NCBI RefSeq assembly: GCF_006345805.1
Contig: NC_043000.1
Span: forward strand, 113,150,001 to 113,214,000
Length of the DNA: 64,000 nucleotides
Reading direction: 5' to 3'
Source: Octopus sinensis
Lineage: Eukaryota
This document shows positions 1-12,595 of the stretch, in pieces; the stretch's first letter is position 1, and the number at the start of each line of letters is the position of its first letter. The position numbers and the translations under genes were made by a program. Below the pieces are notes generated by a model that did not search any database, was not told the origin of the DNA, and saw nothing but the letters and a program-made list of their open reading frames with translations.

Positions 1-360
1 TATTATATATATATATATATAACAAGTATATATATATACAAGTATATATATATATATATGCATGTATATATATACTATAATATATATATTCTTTTTTTAT
101 TCCTTGTTTGTTTGTTCCAGTCATATATATATGTACACGTATATATATATTATATATATATATATTTATAAGTAAATATATGTATATATATGTGCATATA
201 TATATATGTATACACCTATATACACTTGTACATATCTATTTGTCTATCTATCTATCTATCTATATCTATATATATATATATATCTATAATATATATATCT
301 ATATATATATATATAATATGCATACATACATACGCACGTACGTATGCATATGTGAAATGA
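1..360. repeat. Compound (TA)n/(TG)n/(TCTA)n microsatellite
   Basis: Direct reading; source of the spurious 108..416 ORF. Confidence 0.95.
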
Positions 361-689
361 TTTGTGTTGTATGTGTATGCAAAGTGCATTTCCGAAAGTT
401 TGAGACATTTTATTAGAAGACACTGTTTATATTAGTTCCTTGATTCGTTGTAATTTTAGTATATCATAAATTTACCTATAATAAGCTGACCTGCCACGAT
501 TCTTTTATTTTATACCAGATCGAATGAGACGGCTTTAACAGCACTTTGAACGCGTCATGCTAAACACTTTTGACCATAAATTCGTTTGTCTTTTAATGTC
601 GAACCTGTTTTACTTTTATATTTATGCGATCGGGCTCGATGAAGTAAAATATCAGTCAGGGAAAATAAGAACACCACAACAAACACGAG

Positions 690-744
690 GTTCACGGAGC
701 TGCGTTCGGTAGTGCAGTGAAAGCATGTGATAAAAATAAAACTA

Positions 745-802
<58 letters not shown>

Positions 803-1355
803 GCCGTGATGCAGTACCAGGCAGTGGCTCTCGTGGCTTCTGATCTTAACTGATTGGAAGTGTTATCATGTACATTGTTTTGTCTTGGTATAAAAGATGG
901 GCTACAGCAAATATTCTGCTCAATACCACAGATTTGAATGTCAGTTGTTTGACCGTGACCAGTTGACCATGTCCCTTAGTGGCTGACGATATGTGCATCT
1001 CTGATCATGAGCAGAAGTAATGGGGGTGTATCATAGCCGTGTGTTGAAAGGAATTCTTAGAGCTTTGGATAATTCACCTTTGAAAACATCGGTGGTTCGT
1101 TCAACATCCTTAAACAATCCTTATTCAGGGACCTTTTGAGCGGGATGGGCTACTCGACCAGAAGAAAATTCTAACTCGGCCCCACCTGGAAGGTCATGCG
1201 CTGTTTATCTTCATATGAGATCACCATGTCGCGCACATATGGTTGTGATGCATGTGCCTGGTGTACCTTATCAGACGAGTAGTCATGGTTGGTATACTGG
1301 GCTTCGTATATTTTACCCCAGTGTCACGTTGATGGCATGCACTGCTCCTTCACTC

Positions 1356-1390
<35 letters not shown>
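690..1390 (+). mobile_element. Non-LTR retroelement 3' fragments with (AAT)n tails (two in tandem; possibly Dong/R4-type)
   Basis: A segment ending ...aaagcatgtgataaaaataaaactactg runs into (AAT)n at ~748-800. A second ~560 bp segment follows directly and ends ...ctcactc(AAT)n at ~1355-1390. Clade assignment is from recall. Confidence 0.55.
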
Positions 1391-1959
1391 TTATTATACA
1401 CACACACGTATATGTCTAACAGGGATATTCTCCTGTCTAACTCACCATTGACCGACTCCATCAAGTTCCATATATCAACATGGCCAATCATCTCGAGAAC
1501 GATGCTCAAAATATGACCATTGCTTTGTGTTTTTTTAAAATCTACAGAGAACTCTGATTTTCAAAGGTAACTTAGTTTAATGGATGGAGATATCAGTCAT
1601 ATAACAAAAGCGGTTTGGACCACACGTTTTCTTTATTCTTACGTGTGAGACCTGATGAGGATGTGATGTAGCTCGAAATTGCTCGAATTAAAATTTAAAT
1701 CTACAGTAAAGAACGAGGTTTTATATATTGTCGGTTACAAATTTGTATTTTGCTTTTAACCGTAAAACATTTGAATAGCTATAAAAGATTTACTCATCCT
1801 CCATTCTCCATATCTGTATCGCCTCTCAACACTGCATAAACATTGTGCTGAGACATGTAACAACAAATGATCGTGTGGCTAAATATACGAATATATTGGG
1901 TACGTTGCTATACCATCTTAATTTTCCATTACAATTTCTCTCTCTAACTCTTTCACACA

Positions 1960-2352
1960 CGCACACACACACCCACCCACCCACACTCACACACACACAA
2001 ACATACTCGTGTATACAACCATCGTTTCCACACAATAAGTATATATACATACTGCTGTAAATGCATGTACGTACATCAATATATGTATAATAAAGTATAT
2101 ATATATACATATATATATATATACATACATACATAAATACATACATACATACATACATACATGCATATACATATATACATACACGTATGTATGTATTTAT
2201 ATATATATATTTATTTATATGTATCCATACACATAAGTGTGTGTGTCAGTATATATATGTATACGGTTTATCTAGTTCTTTATATATGGAAATATATATA
2301 TACATGTATGTAAGTATGTATGTATGCATATATGGACATATATGTATGTGTG

Positions 2353-2421
<69 letters not shown>

Positions 2422-2460
2422 CACGTATATATATTTCTGTGTGTGTGTGTGTGTATAACA
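1960..2460. repeat. Compound (CA)n/(TA)n/(TACA)n/(TG)n microsatellite
   Basis: Direct reading. Confidence 0.95.
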
Positions 2461-3166
2461 ATCAACTGCACACCTGTGTAATCAATAATCTCACCTAAGT
2501 ACATTTTCCTGGCAATGGAAGATAATATGGCGTGATTTAGCGTAATTTAGCGTGATTCTCTCAAAGATCTTAAGTAAGGTGCTAAATTTGGATGTTTTCT
2601 GTTTAATACCGACCAGAGATACACTTGCTGTGTTTCCACATGTTGTTGTTGCTGTTGTTGTGGCTGTTAGGTTAATAGACTTTTCGTAGTTTACCGTCGT
2701 TGTTATGATTGTTTCGATTTTAGAAACGCTATTGATGGAATGGTAAATGTTGTTCTTCTTCTTCTTGCTGTTTATTTACCATCTTCATTTTTTTCTATTT
2801 TACTACCTACTTTTGTGTTATTCTTGTGTTGATACTATACATCATCATTGCAGTATGTTGTTGTTGATTTTTGTTGTTGTTGTTGTTGTTGTTGCTATTG
2901 ATGCTTTCATTGTTCAGCAGGAGGCAAAGGTACGGTTCGAAAGAATGATGATGTTTATGTCATGATATTCTTGAAGTTTATTGTTTAGAACAACCTCAGA
3001 ACTAAACAACTGAAATTAGCTGATGAAATTGTAAAAGATTGTTCCAGTGGTGACCACCACTTGATAAAACGCATAGCGCCCACACACTGTTATAGCTGAG
3101 AAATATTCAGTCATATAGCAGCTATAAAGAATGATCTTGTGTAATGGTATATGAATGTAAATTTAG

Positions 3167-3227
<61 letters not shown>

Positions 3228-3252
3228 CATATGTATATGTATGTATATATAT

Positions 3253-3526
3253 ATCACCGTGATCGACCAGGCTATCAGATGTTGCTACAAATCGCTGATC
3301 ACAGTGCGCTTCGCATTGTTTTAGCGAGCAGGCCAACAGAAGAAAGAGTGAGAGAAAGTTGTGGCGTAAGAGTACAGCAGGGATCGCCACCACCCCCTGC
3401 CGGAGCCTCGTGGAGCTTTAGGTGTTTTCGCTCAATAAACACTCACAACGCCCGGTCTGAGAATCGAAACCTCGATCATACAACCGAGAGTCTGCTGCCC
3501 TAACCACTAGGCCATTGCACCTCCAC
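3253..3526 (-). mobile_element. tRNA-derived SINE (family C)
   Basis: Minus strand starts gtggaggtgcaatggcctagtggttagggcagcagactctcggttgtatgatcgaggtttcgattctc (A-box and B-box-like). Same head as 42709-42949. Confidence 0.8.
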
Positions 3527-3624
3527 CATACATATACACACATATATTATATATATATATATATATATATTATAATATATTAATATATATAGATATATAT
3601 AATAATATATATATATATATATAT

Positions 3625-4480
3625 CCCCCACTATCTGATGTCGCTTGGTCAGAGGTGAGGGCTTGTGGCATTTGGTAAATCTATCGAATATGGTGTTGAC
3701 GAAAGAAATCGAGCTATTTTCGAGCTTGTGATCTAGAAACATTTCACCATTAACGGTAAGAGATTGTTTTCGTTTATTTGCTACTCCGATTTCGCGTATG
3801 TGAATCGCGGGGTCCGTCGTATATGGAATCTCCACTTGTAGAAAATGGATAAAACAGTCTTTGACTGCCATTTCTAATTCCTTCGGTATGCGGCGAAGCA
3901 GCCTGTTGCCCGCCCTTTTAATTATTTTTACTATATACTGAACTTTACAGAAGTTCCTGACGATGAATTTGTCATATTTACATACCGAATTTTACCGGTA
4001 AATAATTGTTGGTCATATGAAAAACCACTGAAAAATTATTTACCATTTTTATTGTATTACCATGTGGATTTCTTATTCCATTGCGATCACCCAGGCGGCG
4101 CGCATGGTATAATTTTGGAGGGAAAATTTACGTTCCCAGTCATTACTTAGTTTTAACATCTGCACACCTCCCCCCACTATCTGATGTCGCTTGGTCAGAG
4201 GTGAGGGCTTATGGCATTTGGTAAATCTATCGAATATGGTGTTAACGAAGGAAATCGAGCTATTTTCGAGCTTGTGATCTAGAAACATGTTCACCATTAA
4301 CGGTAAGAGATTGTTTTCGTTTATTTGCTACTCCGATTTTGCGTATGTGAATCGCGGGGTACGTCGTATATGGAATCTCCACTTGTAGAAAATGGAAAAA
4401 ACAGTCTTTGACTGCCATTTCTAATTCCTTCGGTATGCGGCGAAGCAGCCTGTTGCCCGCCCTTTTAATTATTTTTACTA
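3625..4480 (-). repeat. (TA)n-bounded element with ~310 bp direct duplication (period ~547 bp)
   Basis: 3625-3935 and 4171-4480 are near-identical, with about 8 differences by eye. Both outer ends abut (TA)n tracts. Confidence 0.9.
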
Positions 4481-4659
4481 TATATATATATATATATATA
4501 TAGTTATAATTAGGGTTCAGCTAACTGCTTCACCACATACCGAAATTAGAAAAGGGAGTCAAAAATTCCTTTTCTCCTACTATAAGAATCTCCATGACCG
4601 TAAACATACTTTTTTACGAAGGCAAAGACAAAAACAATGAATCAACACTACCAGAATTA

Positions 4660-4694
<35 letters not shown>

Positions 4695-4725
4695 GTATGT
4701 ACATGTATTTATGTATGACTCGACT

Positions 4726-4890
4726 CTGTCGGTCACGAATGACAATGGGTGCGCCTAAGAGGTTCCCCTCCGGGGTACAAGTCTGGAGTGAAAGTCGACT
4801 CACTGGCGAACGCACAACCTAGGCTTGTCTTTATGGAAGACCAGCCGTCGCCTATGCATACCAGCCCCTCTTCTCCCCGCCACCGATGTT
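4726..4890 (+). mobile_element. Fragment of RTE-associated repeat
   Basis: GC-richer block (ggaagaccagccgtcgcctatgcataccagccc...ccaccgatgtta) between microsatellites; family assignment from recall only. Confidence 0.4.
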
Positions 4891-5279
4891 ATGCATATAT
4901 ACATATATAATATATATATATGTGTGTGTGTGTGAATATGTATATATACTATATATATATATTGTGTGTGTGTGTGTGTGTCTATTTGTGGATATATATC
5001 CCGATTTGTATAATAATGAACTTCCAACTTTTCACGTTTTCACGTGATTTTCACGTTTTATTATTTACAAATTTTACAATTTAATAATAATACAAATATA
5101 GGATATAATATATTTATTGTGATAACAGTAGCACTTTCATAACTAGTACCTTCAAGCGTTACGCAATTATCCTACATATATAAATATAAATGTACATATA
5201 TATGTTTTATATGTTACATACATACATTATTATATAATATATATATATATAATATATATATAGATATATATAATTATTT

Positions 5280-5465
5280 CGTTTTTGGATTTGGTTTGCA
5301 AGATTCCTTATATGAGTTCGTGTGTTGAAGCATATTGTGTTGAGTCTGAGAAGATTCATTTTCTTTTTGTGCCTTATAATGTAACACACTCACCTGTAAA
5401 ATTTCCACTTATTTCGTATTTTTATTTTTCTAAAATTTTCGTTGCGTCTTGCAGCCTTTTCAATA
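5280..5465 (+). repeat. Interspersed repeat shared with 13474-13725
   Basis: ttggatttggtttgcaagattc...gtaacacactcacc.gtaaaatttccactt matches the reverse complement of ~13580-13720 and the direct sequence at ~13480-13555. Confidence 0.85.
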
Positions 5466-5529
5466 GACTTGACTATATATATATAGCAAGCTACTTACCA
5501 CACAGCCACTGTTATATATATGTAACAGA

Positions 5530-5690
5530 ATATTTTGAATGACACAACAATGCACTATATTACAAACAATGGATTATAATAACTGTTGTAATTTAATTAT
5601 CCACAGTCTGATTATGGATGATTAAATTACAAAAGCTATTATAGTCCACTGTTTGTATTATAGGGCATTGTTGTGCCATCAAAAACATTT
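5530..5690. repeat. Foldback inverted repeat (MITE-like hairpin)
   Basis: Left arm ~5530-5603 and right arm ~5615-5690 are imperfect reverse complements (caatgcactatattacaaacaatggattataata vs tattatagtccactgtttgtattatagggcattg); 11 nt loop. Confidence 0.9.
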
Positions 5691-5735
5691 TCTATTTTTA
5701 TGAACAATACACAATGCTTCAAGCGAATTACAATA

Positions 5736-5793
<58 letters not shown>

Positions 5794-6266
5794 TATGCAC
5801 GTATTATAATAGAATGGGATTCGAGCGGCATTTAAATAGTAAGGCATCGGGACGGGGTCGAAAAATAAAAATGTGTACACAACCAAAAATAGAGGAATAT
5901 ACGGTACCAAAACACAGGCAGAAAGATATTTAGGTTATGTATACAATTAACTGTAGCCGACTCAGTACACCAAGAGCTCTGAAGCTAATCATAAAACGCA
6001 CATTGCACTAAATAGACGGTCCATAACATACTTCGGTTCTACGCAAGGAGCAGGCTCCGAAAGAGGTGAATAATAAATAAATAAATAAATATAAACAGAT
6101 GGATAATGTGTCAATTCACTACAGTTGTTTTCTAATTGATTAATGGAGATATTACATCATTAGAAGAAACTGTTTACATTAGGCTAACGCATGAATCACA
6201 ACATTGGTCATAGAACCGTGAAGTGGCACATAAAATTTCCAGTGTTTCGAATGCTGTGATGCATGC

Positions 6267-6351
6267 ATTCACCTGATGAAAATGATTTCCTCTAATCATA
6301 TACATCCTCCATTAATCAATTAAAAATTCGTTGGAAACAGCTGTAGTGGAT
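6267..6351 (+). ncRNA. Candidate degenerate type I hammerhead ribozyme
   Basis: attcac-CTGATGA-(stem II region)-GAAACAGCTGTA-gtggat. Helix I pairs (one G.U) and helix III is the palindrome ACAGCTGT. Helix II does not close properly. Confidence 0.45.
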
Positions 6352-7019
6352 TGACACATTAACCCTCTGTTGTTATTTGTTCAATGATATATATATATAT
6401 ACACGCATATATACATACCTACATTCATATACATACGGGTGTGTGTGTGTGTGGACGGTGCTCCCAAATGAATTCATCGTTTTATATTTTGTATTGAGTT
6501 ACACCGCCAAAGGGGATGTAATCATTCGATAGATATAGTTCGATAAATTATGTTCCAATCAAATTAGTGGAATCGATAAACAGCCTAAAGGATTTGTGAA
6601 GACGAAGCACCAGCATGAACGTGTGCCGTAGAATGATAATGATAATAATAATAATAATGATAATCAGTAGAACAAAAAAAAGGAGGAGGAGGGGAGAATA
6701 AAAAGAAGAAGAACTAACGAGAGATGGAATAAAGAGAAAGAAAGAACGAAAGAAAGCAAGAAGGTGAAGAAGACAGAGAAAAAGTAGGGAAAAAGACGCA
6801 GAAGAACTACAACATCAACAACAGCACGATGATGATAAAATGAAGGAGGTAATGAAGAAAATTTAAATTTAGTAAACGACAAAAGAGATATCTAATTGCA
6901 TACAAGTTAAACGCCAATATGGCTATTAAAATCGATTTCTGATTGTAGGATCTTGATCTACACACTTTTTAGTATATATATATATATATATACATGCGTG
7001 CACGTGTGTTTGCGTGTGT

Positions 7020-7600
7020 GTATAAATGCATATAACTGTGGAAAGTCGAAAGCAATCCAGATTTAGCCATGACACTATACTTAATTACAACACACCACCT
7101 AAGAAATACATTCAGCTTTATGCATCAGAACTTACTATTTCTGAACGAATATCGAAGAATGACAAAGTCTCCTTGCCATATAAAATATTCAAATGCAAAA
7201 GGCAATAAAAATCCATCCTCGCCAAAACAAAATCTACTTACAAACGCGAAACTACCAGCTCTAGACGTAACTCCAACAGTTAAAATCAGTGGCCGCTCTA
7301 ATCGCAGGAGTAGTGTCCTTATTGAGGGCACAATACATAAATTTAGATAGGGACAAGCTTTTAGTGTGAAGACCACATTACTTGTTCTTCAAAACTTTTA
7401 ATATATGCCATCAAATTCACGAATATTATAATGGATAAACCAAGCATATATTAAGAATGTGATTAATCTTTCATCGACAGCAAATACGAAATCCCAGGAC
7501 TAGACAAATTCCACTGAGTAAATATATATGTACATATGTGCAAAAATAAAATCTCCCAAATTTCTTGTCTTTTCTTTGTGTTGCTATGCAGACACTAGCA
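7020..7600 (+). mobile_element. Penelope-like element fragment, degenerate GIY-YIG endonuclease
   Basis: Manual translation across stops gives HITCSSKLLIYAIKF...YNG*TKHILRM*LIFHRQQIRNPRTRQIPLSKYI..CAKIKSPKFLVF, which matches the PLE GIY-YIG C-terminus. Confidence 0.75.
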
Positions 7601-7629
7601 AAGAGGAAACACGAATAAATAAGGACTTA

Positions 7630-7850
7630 AGGCGGCGAGCTATAAGAAACGTTAGCAAGCCAGGTGAAATGCTTAGCGGTATTTCGTCTGTCACTACGTT
7701 CTGAGCTCAAATTGTGCCGAGGTCAACTTTACCTTTCAGCCTTTCGGGTCGATAAATTAAGTACCAATTGCGTACTGGAGTCGCTCTAATCGACTACCCC
7801 TCCCCCAAAATTTCGGGCCTTTTGCCAAGACTAAAAAAGAATAAATAAGG
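7630..7850 (+). mobile_element. SINE family B (monomer, short-tail form)
   Basis: Head ggcggcgagct...gaaacgttagc, B-box-like gagctcaaatt, body tacctttcagcctttcgggtcgataaattaagtacc, tail cccaaaatttcgggcc...aaaagaat. Confidence 0.9.
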
Positions 7851-8969
7851 ACTCGCCGTTTACTATGAATGCTATGCTTGATAGCATAGAATTTTTTCCT
7901 GATGAAAGTGATTCATGTCTCTCTGGAAAGTTCTTTAATCGACTTTAATTTGGGGGGATATCAAATTTCTGTTACCTTAATTTCATTTTAACGAAGTCCT
8001 CTTTGACATTCTTCATTTGTGTGGGCTGGGTTGCAATTTTGTCTAATGTAATACACAAATACACGCAAAAGGACCAGGACCTCTTAATTCGGAGACGCTT
8101 TTATTGTATGAAACTGCGCGAAAAGAATTCCCGAGCAAAATATTTACAAGGATATAAGTTCTCAATGATATTTCGTAATATCATTATTTGATTTTGTTGC
8201 TCATTCTACAGTTTAAACTCGAAAGTCCTCATGAAAATAATCATTTCCTCAAATTCCGTTGGAACTAAAATTTTAAATGAAGTTCCTAATAAAACAGTTA
8301 CTCTGACGCTTGTAGAAGGCGACTCTGGTCTGCCAACGATATAAATATGTGTGCTTTTATTCACCATGCAACCATTTGAGAGGTCCTCTCAAGATAAATA
8401 ATACAGTATTTGACGTTCTGAAAACCATTCACGTTGAGATACATATAAAGATTGTATTTTGTTATAATTAACACTGTATCTGTCGTTAATAATCATTTAA
8501 AAAAAAATTGTTTCATATTCCTGAGTAGGCACGCGAACCTGTGACGGAAAAAGTGGGCAATTAAGCCTAGTTCAAATATGTTTAAGACATTTGGATCTAT
8601 AAAGATTTCTCCAAGACAGTTTATAACAGAGAAAAACTTTTCGTTTAAGATAAATAGGTTATATAACATTATAGTAATTTCATAGCTCTCTTTGTTGGAC
8701 TGATTGATGTATTTCGAACTCGTTACTTCTCTTCAATACCAGATACCAATGTAGGCAACTCTGAGTTACTAGAAGGCTTTGCTTTATTTAGTGTAAATCC
8801 CTTGATAATACTGACTGACAACTCACATTGGATGCCTGGCTGAAACATCATGAAATGATTTTATGGGTGATAATATTTTTATTAAAACCATGGAAACAGC
8901 TGTTACAAGTTAACAATGAAATTTCGAAATATCACTTGCTTCCTATTCTTCTAAATATTCACACAACCA

Positions 8970-9001
<32 letters not shown>

Positions 9002-9923
9002 CATATATATAAATACATACATACATACATAGCATACTCACATCGCAGACATGCATACACGCATGCATACATTCAAGCACACACAATTAGATATCGAATG
9101 AACGATATAAGTAGATTGATAAATAGATATGTACATAGATACACAGACACATATACACAAATTCTTACACACCTATAATTGTGTGGAATGCGGAACTGAA
9201 AGAAGGAAATATGGATAGAAAAGAGAAACGCAAAACGCAAAGGAAATACGCTCCAAGGAGAGGATGAAAACCTATGAGAACAGTAAAAGAAAGGGAGAGC
9301 GAGAGAGAGTGAGAGAGAGAGATAGGCAAAGCGAAAAATACTGGGAGTTGATATTAGGCGCTGATAAATGATTGGGACTAAAATAGATCGATACTGAGAC
9401 ATAGAGAGAGATGCCTTTTCGTTTAGTTAGAGAATGAGTCACAAACAGACATATATATACTACAGAATATATTCATCTCTGATGGGAGATTACATTCTCA
9501 CTGATGATTTCTTCATAAATCAAGATGGCGGAAATGTTTAGCGAAATGATAACATCGACTTAACGTCCAATCATAAAGCTGTCAGACTTTAGTGTGATAG
9601 ACTGAAGTTAGAGAAGCCTCAATGTCCCGGATGATTTCATAAATAGATTTATTGAGGATATTAAATTACGTACAACTCTTACGTACATACATACATACAT
9701 ACATACATACATACATACATACATACATACATCGCATATGAACACCACCAACAAGGCTACGACACACATCGAAATTACACTCATTCAGAAATATACACTT
9801 GTACACCACTTGCGAATATTTTTCAATAAGGATGCTGGCATGCAAGTAAATGTATGCATGTATGTGTGTGTGTGTGTGTGTGTATACATGCATGTGTGCA
9901 TATGTACGTATGATGTATGTACT

Positions 9924-9982
<59 letters not shown>

Positions 9983-10110
9983 TAGGGTCAGCAAATATAT
10001 GCTTTACCACATACCGAAGTTTAGAAATAGCAGCCAGAGAACCTTAGCTATTTCCTCTACTTTAAAAAGAGATTCCCGGACAAAAACAAAGTACCCGAAA
10101 ACAATCCACG

Positions 10111-10153
<43 letters not shown>

Positions 10154-12203
10154 CATACATATGTATATAGATATAAGCATATTTACGTATATAAACGAAT
10201 ATGAGCGTACGTTTATGTGAGTATGTGTGCCCATTAGAACAGAAAAGTCAAAACTTTACGCAGAGTATATTTTTATTTGCTCCTGTGTAACAATGTTCTC
10301 ACATATTTTGTAAGGTCGATTGTCATTGGTTGATGGGCAAAACTCATTCTCATTATTGAGTTCACACAATGAGATGATATTAGCAACTTTGGGCTTTTGC
10401 TCGCCACTTTGCACATAAAGGCTGCTACTGGTTTTAAAGTATCCACCTAGGTGTTCCTTACCTAGACAATATCTCTAAGAACTTCTTATATCAAATTAGA
10501 TATTACTTCCTTGCAAACTTAAAAATAACATAATTGTTTAATGCGCATAATATCAAGGTAAATTAATCTTGTCTGACAATATCGCACGACACATCAGAAA
10601 GAAGGAAACATGCATACTCAACTTTCGCTCCAAAGCATTCTTATCCGAATGAAGTATAGAGGATCATAACCCAACTCCTTTCTATATTAGATTTAGATAT
10701 CACAAAGAAAACACCCAGGAGTTATCTATCCCTTATTGAACAAGATAAGCAATTTTCTAATGTTTGTAATATTCCATCTCTAGCATTAGCTGTAATTTTT
10801 TAATATACATATTCATCTTTATATATATTTCCGAGTATAAATGATATAAATGATATAGAATCATATTTGAGATCGATCAATATTGAACACATCTTCAGTC
10901 ATAATATCTATAGCACATATTACGCGTATTTATTTGGAAGCCTTTTAGCTTTGAAATTAAAAATTCGGTAACATCCTACAGGCATATCCCAGAAGTAATT
11001 GTCAGTTCTTCAGAAAACCTTCGCATTTTACTGGTCAATTACTGAGACTACTAACATTTTAAAGCCCAGAGTTGTTCGAAAACCGAGGTACTATTGTAAT
11101 AAAAGTATACAGTGCAGTACTATTCCTGCTTCGCGGATGTTAATTTATCTCGGGGTGTTTCGGAACGTAGTACTCGCGATAGGCGAGGGATTACCGTATC
11201 ACTATACGATTATATTAGATACACATTTAGTAATATTTTAATTGACATTCACCTACACATTTTTGTATATTTCACATATTCCCACTGTTTTATTTATTCA
11301 TATATTCTCACCGTTTCCTCTTCTTCCTACAATCATCATACTTTGTTTCCATGTCTTCCAATTAGAAAACTTATCGTTCTTACTCCAACATTTATTCGAC
11401 ATTAACTACCAACCATTACTGTAGATTTTTCGTAAAGGGATGCTTTGAAAAGCATCCTTTATATTATTGCTTAAAAAATTATTTCACATTTATATAAATT
11501 TAACTCACTCTGTCACTACAAAACAAAAATAACTCTGATTCCTTATTTTTTGTTATTTAGTATTATTGACGTCTCTTACGTGAAAAAAGACTTTCACCTT
11601 CTAAACCGAGATATGTAAATATTTAAACCGTAATTTTACGTGGCTCACTAAAAGGAACATTGACCAGAAAACTTACATCTGAAAACCAATAAGGTATGTG
11701 ATTAGAAAAAAATATATATTTTCTTATATTCTACTAAATCATACACGAGTGCTATATAATAGCCTCTGGTGTCTCTTACCCGAACGAAGAACGTATGTGT
11801 GATTTCGTGTGTGCACGCGTTGTTTGTACGTACGTACGTATTTATATTTGTATGTATGTGGGAAGTATGCCATGAGATGCGTTGCTTGAATCCGTTTTTA
11901 TATGTCTGCCTCTAAATGTCTAAATATAGGCTTCAATATAGATATGAAATTATTTATGACACGTCGCCACACATAAACTAGACAGCATATTTTCCGTAAA
12001 GAACCTAATTATAAACTTATAGTCATGCCCCAGAACCCTCGTATAGACACACTGACGAACAAATGCGGCATATACACACACACACACGTATATTTGTATG
12101 TCTATATGCCTGTATATATGTATGTATGCGCCTATAATTATGTATATACACACATATATATGTGCGTGTATATATATATGTATATGTATATATAGATGGT
12201 TAC

Positions 12204-12242
<39 letters not shown>

Positions 12243-12531
12243 GATGCTTACATATATATATATATAAGTATTTATATATGTACATGTATATATATATACA
12301 TATGTATTTATGTATATATAAACAAAAATGTGTATATATGTGTACGTGTGTGTGTGAGAGAGAGAAAGAGAAAGTAAGCAATATATTTTCTGATTTATGA
12401 GTCGAAAGAAATAATTAAAAAAGTGAACGAAGTCGAAAATATTGAAGAGAGGATATTGTTCTATATATTCAAGGCAACTATCTATACTATCCTTGAAGAG
12501 GAAAATACTTGCATTCATATACACATCTACA

Positions 12532-12595
<64 letters not shown>

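Noticed and set aside
1645-1690. CTGATGAG...CTCGAAATTGCTC as a hammerhead
   Set aside because: Helix I and helix III do not pair; at most a decayed remnant.
3440-3526. tRNA-like sequences (also 42870-42949 and the SINE A/B heads) as tRNA genes
   Set aside because: They lack a complete acceptor stem and continue into SINE bodies.
3500-3871. ORFs 3500..3871 and 4073..4297 as a duplicated gene
   Set aside because: They simply read through the duplicated repeat unit into (TA)n; no known domain.
10280-11100. AT-rich coding-like region as an L1 or Helitron fragment
   Set aside because: Only a weak LLGVFF-like word was found; no motif series supports a family call.
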